IMG/VR virus record: IMGVR_UViG_3300046691_000407
Origin: an uncultured virus (IMG/VR IMGVR_UViG_3300046691_000407)
Taxonomy: Duplodnaviria; Heunggongvirae; Uroviricota; Caudoviricetes
DNA: 54,212 nucleotides
Direction: 5' to 3' (one strand)
The translations under genes and the position numbers were made by a program. Shown piece by piece: positions 1 to 9,637 of the stretch. The number at the start of each line of letters is the position of its first letter. Position 1 is the first letter of the stretch. Under the pieces are notes generated by a model that saw only the letters and a list, made by a program, of their open reading frames with translations, was not told the origin of the DNA and did no database searches.

Positions 1-3000
1 GGACAGGCCGGATATCTTGCCGGTCGAAGCGTCGAAGGTTGCCCAGACAGGCAGTGCGGGAGCGATTGACCACTTGGCCGTGCCGATCACGTTCTTCGAT
101 GCGGGTGCCAGCGAGTCATCGAAGAATTGGGCGAAGACATAGCTGTCGGCCACCTCGATCTCGAGAGCGTCGCGTTCATTGACGACAAAGGAGAACGATG
201 TGGTGTCGGTTCCGGTCGTTCCGCCCTTGGCGTCGACTGCTGTGACGGTGTAGGTCGCCGCTGGGATAACTTCGTCTGACGAACCCGAGATGACACCGCT
301 GGCCGCATCGAGCCTAAAGCCCTGGGGAAGCGCCGGAGCGATGCTGTAGGTCACAGCGCCCACCGCGTTCTGTGCGGTGACCCTTTGGGAGGTCGTCGCA
401 TACTGCTTCAGAACGATGGATGCAGGAGCCGCGATGTCGAGCGGGAGGCGTTCAGCGATCGTGATCGAGAAGGCATCCGTTTCTGCCGTCGACCCATCTC
501 CGTCATCTGTCGCGACGATCACATACCCAGAGGCCGTGCCGGCCGTGTCGGGCTGCCCCTTCAGCTCGCCGGTGGTTGCGTCGAGATGAAGTCCCGAAGG
601 AAGTGCGGGCGAAGTGGCTGACATCGCGTAGGTGACCTTGCCGACGGGATTGGCTATCACCACTGGAGACAGGACATCCCCGTACTGCCGGAACGCAAGC
701 GACGCGGGTGCGGAAATGTCCAGTGCGGGAATAGCCTCGACGCTCAGTGTCGTCGTGCCTGTGCGGTCGAGATCGTCCACGAGGTCGACGCCGATCCCGT
801 CGAAGATGCCGGGCTCGTCGAATTTGCCCGTCACGGTTCCCGTCGTCGGGTTGAGGACGAGGTCATAGGGGAGGCCGGATGGGTCGACGGACGTGAATTT
901 GTACGGCTGCACGGCATTCGTGGGAGAAAGGGCATCCGTCGTGAACGCGTTGCCGGCGCGAACTTTCATCGTCTTGGATGGGATCTCGATGTCATCGGCA
1001 GGAACGACCCACAGCTCCACAACTACAGGAACGACCCGGTCGTCCGCCGTCGAGGTGATGTCGTAGCCGGGATCGGTGACGTTGATCGTGATTCCGGGAT
1101 AGCGGCCTGCTTTGGTTGCCCATCCGACGAACTTGCTTTCCCAGTATCCCGTTTCGTGGAAGCCGATGCCCTCTGGCAACACGCTTCCAGCCGCGAGACT
1201 GTACTGCAGCGTGCCGAGCGCACCAGTTGTGGATGGCCCAATGATGCCGAACTTCCCGATTTCGAAGGGTCCCTTGATCCAGGAAATGCTCAGCGGGGCT
1301 GGCGGGCCGACTACGATCTCGAATGTCGAGTCGACAGTAGTGCCCGCCTTGTCGGTGGTCGTGATGGTGAAGGGCCCGAACGAGCCTTCCACCAGAGGCT
1401 GTCCGATGACCGCTCCGTTTTGGAACCGGAGTCCCTTGGGCAGGCTTCCAGAGAAGGTCTGCTTGACGGGGGCGATGCCGTTGGAGACCGATGGCTTGAT
1501 CGAGACAGTTCCGCCGAGGCTGGCCGCGTAGGATGCGTCCGCCGAAACGGTCATCGGATCGAGGATGGTCAGCGTGACCTTTCCGGCGGCGGGCGCGCGG
1601 TCCGTGTCGTCATCGATCGTGTACGCATATTCCTTCGTTCCGGTATCGGAGACGACACCGGATACGGCGTGTGTCACGGGATCGAGGATGATGCCCGGCG
1701 TGGCCTGCGAGAACGCATAGGAGGGAACGCCGTAGCTGTTGACCAGTTCGGGCAGCGCGAGGCCCGAGAAAGGAACGTCCTTGGTCCAGGTCAGCGCGAC
1801 ATCGAGGGAACCCCTCAGCGGGGCGAGGCCCGATGGCTCGATGACCGTCAGCGAGAAGGGAAAATCCCTGCCCGTATCGTCCGCATCCGAGACGCGCACG
1901 ACGAGGTTGTCATAGACGGTGCCGACCGGATCCTTGGTGGAGCCGACGATGTAGCCGTCCTCGGTGATGGCGAGGGTGGAATCCGGATCGATGCCGAGCT
2001 TGCCCTGCACGAGTTCGAACCGCGACTGCTCGTAGGCATTCACTGCCCTGAAGGAGAGGCGCTGGTTCTGGACGTAGCGCTCGACTTCGGTGTTCATGAT
2101 GTCGGCGGACAGCTCGTCGCGCTCGTTGACCACTATTGCTATCGAACCGGAGGACTTGGTTTCGCCCGTGTCGTCCGTGATCGCAATCTCGAATGTCGGG
2201 TACGTGCGCACGGAACTGGCATCGACCGGAGTTCCAGCCAACACGCCAGTCACAGGGTTGAGTTTGAGCCAGTCAGGAAGGCTTCCGCTGCCGATCGAGT
2301 ATCTGGCGGTGCCGACGACGCTTTCGTCGGAAAGTGTCGGGCCCACCGAGAAGCGCTTCAGACGCTGTCCCGGGGAGACGGAATAGGAGAGCGACAGGTC
2401 GTTGTAGGCGTTGATCTGCTGGACGAGCGACTTGGATGCCTGTCCGTCGCCGTTGGTGATGACGAGCGTGGCAGAGTATTCGCCCGGTGACTGGAACCCA
2501 TCCGACACGATCACGCCTGTGGCGGGATCGAGCTGAAGGCCTGACGCGATGGTCGTGCCGGAAGCTGGAGCAAAGTTCAGAGGAGAGACGTTACCCTTGG
2601 TCAGGGTGGCGCCCGCCGTCGAGAACGGAACCCCTACGCGGACCGCAACGGGGGTGAAGCTCGCGGAAATAGCCTCCGGATAGACCGTGAACTTGAACTC
2701 ACGGCTGTCGGTCGGGGTCATCGCTGGCCCCGACACGGAAACTACAAGCCCGGTCTTGGTTTCGACCTTCGTGGGCTTGCCGGAAATCAGTCCGGTCGCC
2801 TTGTCCATGGATATGCCGTCCGGCCATGCTCCTGACTTCAGGACGAACTCGGAACCCGGCTGCAGGCTTTGGACGCGGATAGGCTGGGTGAAGGAGTCCT
2901 TGACGGTGCCGACAAGGTCTGGAAAGGACGACAGATCGGCCGCAACCGGAAGGGTGGCGAGCTTGAATGAGTTGGACTCCTGCTGCGTTCCGTCCGCCGT

Positions 3001-3882
3001 GTCAGTGACAACGAAATGGAACGATGCCGAGGTGTCGAAGGTCGGATAGTTTCCCGTGACGTGGCCGCTCGCGACGTCGACATTGAGTCCCGGCGGGCGA
3101 ATGCCTTCGGCGACCAGGTTGAACTTGAGCGCGCCGATGCGGTGCTGGACCACTGGCAGCACGTCAAAGGTCTCTCCGGCGTCCTTTGCGATCGACTGAT
3201 CGGCGATCTCGTCCACGACCGGGCCGTCCTGAACGATCAGCTCTCCATAGACGAAAGCCACTTCGCGGCCGATAAAGTCGAAGCCGCGCCACGCTATTCC
3301 GTAGCTGCCGGCCTTTTCGGGCACGCCCTGCATTGCGTTGCCTAGCATGGAGATGTCCGGAGGAAGCGTGTCGACGGATTCCCACCGGTAGACATTGAGA
3401 CCGGACGGGAGCGGAATGTCCGCGTAGAAGTACTGGCCCGTATGCGCATACAGGTTCAGCTCGCTGCCCGCTCCCGCAGGCTGGAAGGTTGTGAAGTTGA
3501 GACGTGCACGGGCGATCTTGTGTCCCTGTGCGTCATAACCGTGATAGAGCAGTGCCTGCTTGCCGACCGACGACGGGTTTCCGCTCATCTGTCCGCTGGC
3601 GGTATCCAGGGAGATGCCATCCGGCCACGTGCCGCTCTCCTTCTGCCAAGAGACGACGTCGTGGGTGGTGACAGGGATTCGTTTTGAAAACTGACGGCCG
3701 GTTGGAGCCACATAGTAAGCCTGGATGTCGTTGCCGATCCCGTATTCAGGTTCCGGTTCCGGCACCTGGACTTCAGTCTTCACGGTCAGCCCGGAGTTGT
3801 AGCGGAAGAAGTAATCGCCCGCAGACGCAGGCGTGGCTGCCACTGCAATTGCCATAGCGCATGAAAGGATTCGATTCAGCAA
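1..3882 (-). CDS. Giant secreted putative-Ig (He_PIG) repeat protein, 3' end outside the window; paralog of 29866-37305
   Basis: Absent from the ORF track because it runs off the edge. Hand translation of both ends: TTG start with GAGGG RBS, signal peptide MLNRILSCAMAIAVAATPASA then GDYFFRY; same frame gives LPVWATFDASTGKISG at the window edge. N-terminus aligns with the 2520-aa ORF (GNDI, FSKxIPV, GYDxxGHxIARA). Confidence 0.9.
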   Translation of the reverse strand, partial: MLNRILSCAMAIAVAATPASAGDYFFRYNSGLTVKTEVQVPEPEPEYGIGNDIQAYYVAPTGRQFSKRIPVTTHDVVSWQKESGTWPDGISLDTASGQMSGNPSSVGKQALLYHGYDAQGHKIARARLNFTTFQPAGAGSELNLYAHTGQYFYADIPLPSGLNVYRWESVDTLPPDISMLGNAMQGVPEKAGSYGIAWRGFDFIGREVAFVYGELIVQDGPVVDEIADQSIAKDAGETFDVLPVVQHRIGALKFNLVAEGIRPPGLNVDVASGHVTGNYPTFDTSASFHFVVTDTADGTQQESNSFKLATLPVAADLSSFPDLVGTVKDSFTQPIRVQSLQPGSEFVLKSGAWPDGISMDKATGLISGKPTKVETKTGLVVSVSGPAMTPTDSREFKFTVYPEAISASFTPVAVRVGVPFSTAGATLTKGNVSPLNFAPASGTTIASGLQLDPATGVIVSDGFQSPGEYSATLVITNGDGQASKSLVQQINAYNDLSLSYSVSPGQRLKRFSVGPTLSDESVVGTARYSIGSGSLPDWLKLNPVTGVLAGTPVDASSVRTYPTFEIAITDDTGETKSSGSIAIVVNERDELSADIMNTEVERYVQNQRLSFRAVNAYEQSRFELVQGKLGIDPDSTLAITEDGYIVGSTKDPVGTVYDNLVVRVSDADDTGRDFPFSLTVIEPSGLAPLRGSLDVALTWTKDVPFSGLALPELVNSYGVPSYAFSQATPGIILDPVTHAVSGVVSDTGTKEYAYTIDDDTDRAPAAGKVTLTILDPMTVSADASYAASLGGTVSIKPSVSNGIAPVKQTFSGSLPKGLRFQNGAVIGQPLVEGSFGPFTITTTDKAGTTVDSTFEIVVGPPAPLSISWIKGPFEIGKFGIIGPSTTGALGTLQYSLAAGSVLPEGIGFHETGYWESKFVGWATKAGRYPGITINVTDPGYDITSTADDRVVPVVVELWVVPADDIEIPSKTMKVRAGNAFTTDALSPTNAVQPYKFTSVDPSGLPYDLVLNPTTGTVTGKFDEPGIFDGIGVDLVDDLDRTGTTTLSVEAIPALDISAPASLAFRQYGDVLSPVVIANPVGKVTYAMSATSPALPSGLHLDATTGELKGQPDTAGTASGYVIVATDDGDGSTAETDAFSITIAERLPLDIAAPASIVLKQYATTSQRVTAQNAVGAVTYSIAPALPQGFRLDAASGVISGSSDEVIPAATYTVTAVDAKGGTTGTDTTSFSFVVNERDALEIEVADSYVFAQFFDDSLAPASKNVIGTAKWSIAPALPVWATFDASTGKISGLS

Positions 3883-4184
3883 TTTTCAGCCCTCTATCTC
3901 TATAGACGCATCATAACTTGACCAAGATGGAATACACAAATGGCCGACAAAGAAAAGCACGGATTCTCAAGGGATATGAAGAGGTTTGTGAAGGATTTGC
4001 ACAGTCGCGCAACCATGAATAGTGCAGTCTCGTCGACAGGGACTCGAGTTGCGATCCTTGGGTTGATTGTCAACAATGTTTGGGGTATGGATCACCTAAC
4101 ATAGGGGGTCGCCGCGCCTGGGACGCCGTTAGACGGCACGCCGTGGCGGAACATTTGTCCGGATCGGGCGCTAGGATCGTGAGA

Positions 4185-4757
4185 ATGACCGAGGAAACAC
4201 ATTTCGTCATCGAAGTCCGCCAAGTTCATCTTCATGCCGTCGGACGGGACACTGACGTTTCGCCGGAGGTCTGGAGCGACGCGTTGTATGAGTTCTTGCC
4301 GGATTCCCCGAACCAGTCTGTTCATTGCGATGCCGACGGAGCGCGCGACGTCGCCAGGTTGCTGAGGGATGTCGCGGGTGTTCCGGTCGAGGATATCCGG
4401 ATCACGCAGGTCAGTCGCACTCCGGTACCCATGGAAGCCGACGAGGCTGATGCTTCGTCAGCGGGCGAAATACAGCGCCTGTATCGATGGTATTCCGAAG
4501 CCCTCAGGAGATATGGCTGTGGGCATGCCTTCGCCTTGGGACGCACCCTCGACGAGGCCCGCTCCGCGGCCATGCTGGCGTTCCGCTCCCACCTTGCATC
4601 GGACGACTGGTGGGGAACGGGGCCGGAAGCGGATGGATCCTTCCGCTTCGAGGATGACCGTGAGGAATACGAGGCGGCGGTCATGAAATTCCAGGCGGAT
4701 ATCGATGCAGATCCGTTCGCTGTCGGCGAAGCGTTCATCGTGCTTGGTTCGGAATAG
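4185..4757 (+). CDS. Hypothetical protein
   Basis: ORF trimmed to ATG (MTEETHFVIEV); protein-like composition. Confidence 0.7.
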   Translation: MTEETHFVIEVRQVHLHAVGRDTDVSPEVWSDALYEFLPDSPNQSVHCDADGARDVARLLRDVAGVPVEDIRITQVSRTPVPMEADEADASSAGEIQRLYRWYSEALRRYGCGHAFALGRTLDEARSAAMLAFRSHLASDDWWGTGPEADGSFRFEDDREEYEAAVMKFQADIDADPFAVGEAFIVLGSE

Positions 4758-4773
4758 CCGCCGGAGCTATGTC

Positions 4774-5079
4774 CTAGTGGATGGCGTTGGACGATGCCGC
4801 CGTCAGGGCCGAGATCGCAAGCTCGCTGTGCTCGATGACACGGGCGTATGTGGTGTCCTCGAATGCCGGAAGTCCGGTGCCGGAAACCAGGAACCAGGCC
4901 TGGGCGGCGGTCGCGAAGGCGTGGCCGTATTCGTCTTCCCGGTCCATCTTGCACTGGTACTGCGCGAAGTGGCGGAGTTCCGCGACCTCGTCCATGAGAT
5001 CCCTGCGGCCGGTCAGATCGCCGTCCCTTGCCAGATTGTTCAGTCGTGTCAGAAGATCGATCGTCGACGTCTGGTCCAT
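4774..5079 (-). CDS. Hypothetical protein
   Basis: ATG (MDQTSTIDLL) with GGAGA RBS. Confidence 0.65.
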   Translation of the reverse strand: MDQTSTIDLLTRLNNLARDGDLTGRRDLMDEVAELRHFAQYQCKMDREDEYGHAFATAAQAWFLVSGTGLPAFEDTTYARVIEHSELAISALTAASSNAIH

Positions 5080-5215
5080 GGCGGGTCTCCCTGTTGTGCC
5101 GTATTCGCCACAGAACATCGCCTGCATGCCAGCCATGCACAAGATCCCATTTCGGCGGGATGACGTTTGCGAGGGATGGCGCGACCATCGATGTACAGGA
5201 TCGATGGAGGCTCAT

Positions 5216-5506
5216 ATGTCGAAGAAGTCCAATTCCCACCACTATCTCGGTCATCACATGCCCGACGGGCCGGACGGGATCGAGATCAGGATCTGGGACG
5301 ATGCGCGCGGATACTACGCCAGCACCATCTACAATCCGGCAGGCGGAATTCCGGCCGACATCGGCCCCTTCCCCACCTCCTACCACGCAGCCATCGCCGG
5401 CTGTGAGCGTCATGGCATCGAATTCGACGGGCGCGGCGCTGTCGTGCCATTCCGCCGGGCATTCATCGAGGATGCTCCGTCCATCGACATGTGCGTCGGC
5501 TGGTAG
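5216..5506 (+). CDS. Hypothetical protein
   Basis: GGAGG RBS then MSKKSNSHHYLG. Confidence 0.7.
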   Translation: MSKKSNSHHYLGHHMPDGPDGIEIRIWDDARGYYASTIYNPAGGIPADIGPFPTSYHAAIAGCERHGIEFDGRGAVVPFRRAFIEDAPSIDMCVGW

Positions 5507-5561
5507 GACATCCTCCTTGTTGACGGCCATTCCCAAACAGGGGAAGCTTCCGAGGTTCGCA

Positions 5562-5663
5562 CTGCCGTGAAAGCGGCGGGTGCCTCGAGTCCACCGCAAG
5601 GTGGCGGGTTTTCCAGTTTCGACAGGATGATCGACACCCCGTCTTCCGAGGCGGGGTTTTCCA
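5562..5663 (+). ncRNA. Candidate structured small RNA or terminator cluster
   Basis: Three hairpins capped by GAAA, GCAA and UCCG tetraloops on the + strand, the last followed by a T run; lies between convergent genes. Confidence 0.35.
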
Positions 5664-5678
5664 TTTCCGGGCCGCACC

Positions 5679-6326
5679 TTATTCCGAGGGTTCGTCCGCG
5701 GCGGCCGGCAGGTGATCCAGCGGGTGACGGTAGATGCTTGCCTGCTTGAACGGGGTCGCTTCGAGTGAATTGCGGAAGTCGATCAGGCTCCTCAGGCTTT
5801 CTTCGTGCTCCCGGATCGTAGCGTCCAGCTCGGATGCCTTGTAGGCGAGGACGGCCCTCCAAGCGTCGGAGAGCATGCCGGGATTGCGCGCAAGGATGCC
5901 GCGAACGCTTTCCTCCCAGATACCGGACAGATGTGCTGCGGTGTCGTCGTCATCGTAGAACGGATCGCGCCACGGCGTGCGACCCAGGCCATCCATCTTG
6001 TAGAGGGAGCAGGAGAACGGGCCGAGCTGCGGCGCTCCAGCGTCGTCGGGTACCAGTTCGGAACGGACGCAGTAGGCCAGGATCTTTGCGGGATGCCTGA
6101 GATTGTTGGGATGCGACGTGTCGCTCCGGTCGCCGCCCGAGATCATGAGCGTCATCGTCGTTCCGTCGCCGAGCACCACCTCGAAGTTCAGTTCGGCGAC
6201 GTATTCGCCTGATTGAACGGGGACCGGGGTCGTCTCGTATGCTTCCATACCAATGAGTTCAAGCTGCTCCCGTACGGAGATTTCGGTGCCGTCGATTTTG
6301 AATGTGCTCAAGTGTCCGGTGCTCAT
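5679..6326 (-). CDS. Hypothetical protein
   Basis: 215-aa ATG ORF. Confidence 0.7.
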   Translation of the reverse strand: MSTGHLSTFKIDGTEISVREQLELIGMEAYETTPVPVQSGEYVAELNFEVVLGDGTTMTLMISGGDRSDTSHPNNLRHPAKILAYCVRSELVPDDAGAPQLGPFSCSLYKMDGLGRTPWRDPFYDDDDTAAHLSGIWEESVRGILARNPGMLSDAWRAVLAYKASELDATIREHEESLRSLIDFRNSLEATPFKQASIYRHPLDHLPAAADEPSE

Positions 6327-6385
6327 GAACCGGACACTATGCGGATCATCCTTAAGGCGGCGTTAATCCGTCAGGCGCGCCTTTC

Positions 6386-7000
6386 CTAGAGGCCATACTC
6401 CGCGTTGACGCGCAGAGGCTCTTCCACCGACAGCGCGAGAACGTCGGCCAGTGCGGGCGTGACATCCATCATGTTCGGTTCGTAGATCCGCGCGAAATAT
6501 TCCCTCCCCTTGCGGATCCACTTGAGGCGGATGTGCATCCCGTCGCGTTCCGCGAGCGCTTCGGTCTTCGGCCCGCGGGCGATCTTCGTCCCAAGAGGTC
6601 TTGGCCCCGAGACGGTCGACCGGAGATGTTCGCCGCACAGTCTGTCGATCTCGCCGAGAAGGGAGGACTGCAGCAGCGCCGTGCCCTGCCATGCATCCTT
6701 GCCGCGCTTGCCGGAAATCTCCGGCCTGCCGACGGCGATGTCTCTGATCGCCTGGACAAGATCGCGGCAGAGCTGCAGGTCGGCCTTCGAGCGCTCAGCG
6801 TCCTGCCGCTCCTTCGCACCGGAGAAATCGTTGCATGGCGGGTGCTCCAGGATGACGGAGGATGTGCCAGCCTGCAGCGCGGCCGCAAGATTTGCCTCGA
6901 TGCCTTCGGCAAGGGCGATGAGCCTGCCGATGTCGCCCCGCGCCGCCGTTACGATTCCCTCAAAGCTGGGATCTGTGTCCATTGAATCCATCCGATACAT
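6386..7000 (-). CDS. Hypothetical protein
   Basis: ORF trimmed to an ATG downstream of a TTGACA-17-TATCCA promoter-like site; start uncertain. Confidence 0.6.
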   Translation of the reverse strand: MYRMDSMDTDPSFEGIVTAARGDIGRLIALAEGIEANLAAALQAGTSSVILEHPPCNDFSGAKERQDAERSKADLQLCRDLVQAIRDIAVGRPEISGKRGKDAWQGTALLQSSLLGEIDRLCGEHLRSTVSGPRPLGTKIARGPKTEALAERDGMHIRLKWIRKGREYFARIYEPNMMDVTPALADVLALSVEEPLRVNAEYGL

Positions 7001-7079
7001 TTCCTGCGAGCAGGTCTTACTCGTCAGCGATGGATATTCTCCGAAGGATTCAATGTCAACCGACCCACGGCACCGGGAT

Positions 7080-7427
7080 CTATCCTTCGCGGACGATGCG
7101 CCGCTCCGCAATCTTCGGGATCTTCCCCGATCCGACAAGCATCTTGTATGCGCTCATCATCTGCTCGTGGTGAACCTCGGCAAGTCTGCCCTTGACCGGC
7201 TCCAGAGCCGCCATGGCGGCTTCGGAAGCGTTCATTCCCGGTGGAAACGGACCCACGTCGCCGACGGGTATCCTGAACCGCGTCACATTGTAGGCGAAGC
7301 GCGCCAGGCAGTCCGTGTCCGTGACATCCTCGATGACGAGTGGCTGGCCCAGCGGGAACAGCGCCGGATGCTGGGGCGATCCGCGTTCGCGCGAATAGCG
7401 GACAATGTCGCCGGGAGCGAGTTTCAT
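7080..7427 (-). CDS. Hypothetical protein
   Basis: AGGAGG RBS then MKLAPGDIVRY. Confidence 0.7.
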   Translation of the reverse strand: MKLAPGDIVRYSRERGSPQHPALFPLGQPLVIEDVTDTDCLARFAYNVTRFRIPVGDVGPFPPGMNASEAAMAALEPVKGRLAEVHHEQMMSAYKMLVGSGKIPKIAERRIVREG

Positions 7428-7539
7428 GGGGCCTCCTTGTGCGCCGTCACCTCTGCATATGTCGACTAACTGTGTCAATTGGGTCATTGGCGCGCGGCGG
7501 CCGGCGGCGAATACTCGATTAGGAAATAGGGAGAAGCCC

Positions 7540-7953
7540 ATGAATACGTCAGATCCGTTATCCACCGTGCTCATTGGAGCGCTCATAGCGTTCGGAGCCG
7601 GATACTATTTCTACGACGCCCAGTTCAGCGACGCAGGAATGCTCCAGCGCGCCCGTTCGGTGCTTTACGAGCAGGGGTCGCAGTCGTCATGCGACCCCCG
7701 CGGCGCTGACTCGCCATCCGGGACGAGCGGCTGCTGGAGTGTCGCGGGCTATCGGCTGGTGAAGGACAAGGACGGCCTCTTCCGCATATACGACGTTGCC
7801 GCCACGAAGACCGATGCGATCGGTGGTGTCCGCAAGGGTGCAAACGGAGCGCCCGAAGTGTTCGTAGACCGCTCAAGTCTTGAAAAGGCCGTCGACGCGC
7901 TGGAGGCGGCCATGCCCGCCGACAGCAACGTCCGCTATGTCATCTCCTCCTGA
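7540..7953 (+). CDS. Hypothetical protein with N-terminal membrane anchor
   Basis: GGAG RBS; hydrophobic TVLIGALIAFGAGYYF. Confidence 0.7.
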   Translation: MNTSDPLSTVLIGALIAFGAGYYFYDAQFSDAGMLQRARSVLYEQGSQSSCDPRGADSPSGTSGCWSVAGYRLVKDKDGLFRIYDVAATKTDAIGGVRKGANGAPEVFVDRSSLEKAVDALEAAMPADSNVRYVISS

Positions 7954-8091
7954 ACGTGAACTCTGGTTCTGCCGGGGAATGGACACTCAAGGATTCGTCT
8001 GGTAGAAAGTCGTCATGATTATGTACTCGCTCGAGAACCTGCCGATCACGCGCGTGCGCCATAGGGGCGCACCGATGTTTCGGAGGTTCGA

Positions 8092-8265
8092 ATGCACTTC
8101 AAACGCAAACGCCGCAAGAACGCCCGTGCCGGGTGCCTGATGTGCAAGCCGCACAAGGCGAATGGCAACTGCCCCCGCCATGTCGATATGCGCATGGGAA
8201 ACCGCCGCCGCTTCGAGGCTGGGGCCGACCAGCTCCGCTGCGAGGGAGTCAAGGATCGCTACTGA
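8092..8265 (+). CDS. Small basic CxxC protein (57 aa)
   Basis: Below the ORF-track cutoff. GGAGG RBS, MHFKRKRRKNARAGCLMCKPHKANGNC..., followed directly by a terminator hairpin. Confidence 0.75.
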   Translation: MHFKRKRRKNARAGCLMCKPHKANGNCPRHVDMRMGNRRRFEAGADQLRCEGVKDRY

Positions 8266-8268
8266 GTG

Positions 8269-8300
8269 GAAAGGGGAGCTGCGCTGCGGGCTCCCCTTTC
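8269..8300 (+). terminator. Rho-independent terminator
   Basis: GAAAGGGGAGC...GCTCCCCTTTC inverted repeat. Confidence 0.7.
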
Positions 8301-8525
8301 TCGTGGGTTCCGGCGTGCCGGCAGCGTCACGAGCGGCGGCATAGACTAAGCACGGCTTCCTGGACGCTCGGATCCGTGCCCAGGACCATGGATGCCGACA
8401 TCGCGAAGATGCTGCCGCCGCAGATCGAGGCCGTCCTGCCGATGCCGGACGCGGATGTCATGCTTCCGCTTCTCGATATGCTTCGCTGAAGGCTGGCGCT
8501 TCCCGGGATCCAGCCTGCATTGACG

Positions 8526-8560
8526 GATGAAGCCGCGGAAAGGCATTCCGCGGCTTCATC
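8526..8560 (-). terminator. Terminator-like hairpin after 8580-9566
   Basis: Perfect 15-bp inverted repeat GATGAAGCCGCGGAA/TTCCGCGGCTTCATC. Confidence 0.6.
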
Positions 8561-8579
8561 GCTTGATTGATGGGATGTA

Positions 8580-9566
8580 TCAGGCCGAGAAAGCCTGGTA
8601 GACAGGGCCGGATTCGGCGGCCAGTTCGTTCAGCATCGCCTCGGCGTCTGCCAGGGAAAGGTCGCCCTTGATGGGGTCGCAGAGGCCGTCCTCGTTGATC
8701 CATGCTACCACGTAGCAATCCGCAGCGCCGTCTTCCAATACGGCATGATCGCCGATTTGCAGGACGGTTACGTCCGCCACTTCGTCAGCCGAGAAGTCCT
8801 GAAGGTTCATGCCGTTCCTGATGTCGTAGGTGCGTTGGGCCTCCAGCACGTCCCACCAGACATAGGAATGCTTCGGGGTCTTGATCGTGGTCTGCCCGAA
8901 GTCGATCTGGGTGCCGGCCACGATGGCCTTTTTCAGCCTGGCTTCGAATGCCTCGCCGGCCTTGACCGCTTCATCGAGCTGCTCCGGAGAAAACTCGGAA
9001 AGACCTGTGCCCGCATCGGGGAAGTCTGCGAGAGGAAGGCGGATCTCGATCTCGTAGGTGCCGTTGTCGTCGTTGCGCCGGAACGAGAGGGCCGAAATGG
9101 TGCCGAACTCGGATTGGAACGGAGCGAGCATGTGCTGCGCCATGGCCTTGGTCGTCACGGCGCCGATGCCTTGCTTGCTGAGTTCGGCGTGATCGGCGGC
9201 GTAGTTTCGCGAAACCTTTACATGGATGGCCGTGGTGAACGGCGATTTCAGGCTCGGAAGATACTCCCTCAGGAAAGCTTGAAGCTCCTCTCCCTTGAAA
9301 TCAAACGTCAGGTCATCCCCGATCTGCGTGAAAGTCGCGCCTGGGAGGCTCGTGCCTTTTTCGAAGGTGACCGAAAACGATCCCGAATGTTCGTCGTACT
9401 GCCCACCGCCGATTTCCTCCTCGAAGTCGACGCTGCGCTTGGCGGTGTCTCCGTCCAATACCCAGACGCGTTGCCGACTAACCGTGTGATTGAAGTGCGG
9501 CCCGCAGATGTTGAGCTTCTGGTAGAGTTCTTCAGCGGTTGCGAGGCGGCGTGCGTTCAGGTCCAT
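8580..9566 (-). CDS. Hypothetical protein
   Basis: 328-aa ORF, GGAGA RBS. Confidence 0.8.
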   Translation of the reverse strand: MDLNARRLATAEELYQKLNICGPHFNHTVSRQRVWVLDGDTAKRSVDFEEEIGGGQYDEHSGSFSVTFEKGTSLPGATFTQIGDDLTFDFKGEELQAFLREYLPSLKSPFTTAIHVKVSRNYAADHAELSKQGIGAVTTKAMAQHMLAPFQSEFGTISALSFRRNDDNGTYEIEIRLPLADFPDAGTGLSEFSPEQLDEAVKAGEAFEARLKKAIVAGTQIDFGQTTIKTPKHSYVWWDVLEAQRTYDIRNGMNLQDFSADEVADVTVLQIGDHAVLEDGAADCYVVAWINEDGLCDPIKGDLSLADAEAMLNELAAESGPVYQAFSA

Positions 9567-9637
9567 GTGTCAATCTCCCATCTGTGACGGATCGAGACTG
9601 GGCTCCGTCCGAGCATGGGACAACGTGAACTAGGAGT

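Noticed and set aside
87..3687. Many track ORFs in 87-3687, such as 1156-2490 (+)
   Set aside because: Shadow or out-of-frame ORFs of the minus-strand Ig-repeat gene that the track missed.
8015..8075. Leader peptide ending at the TAG in the hairpin loop upstream of the CxxC microprotein
   Set aside because: The TAG at 8062 is out of frame with the ATGs at 8015 and 8021.
8350..8489. Short ORF ending LPMPDADVMLPLLDMLR, resembling a MutT/NUDIX C-terminus
   Set aside because: Too short, no NUDIX box and no clear RBS; cannot be supported.
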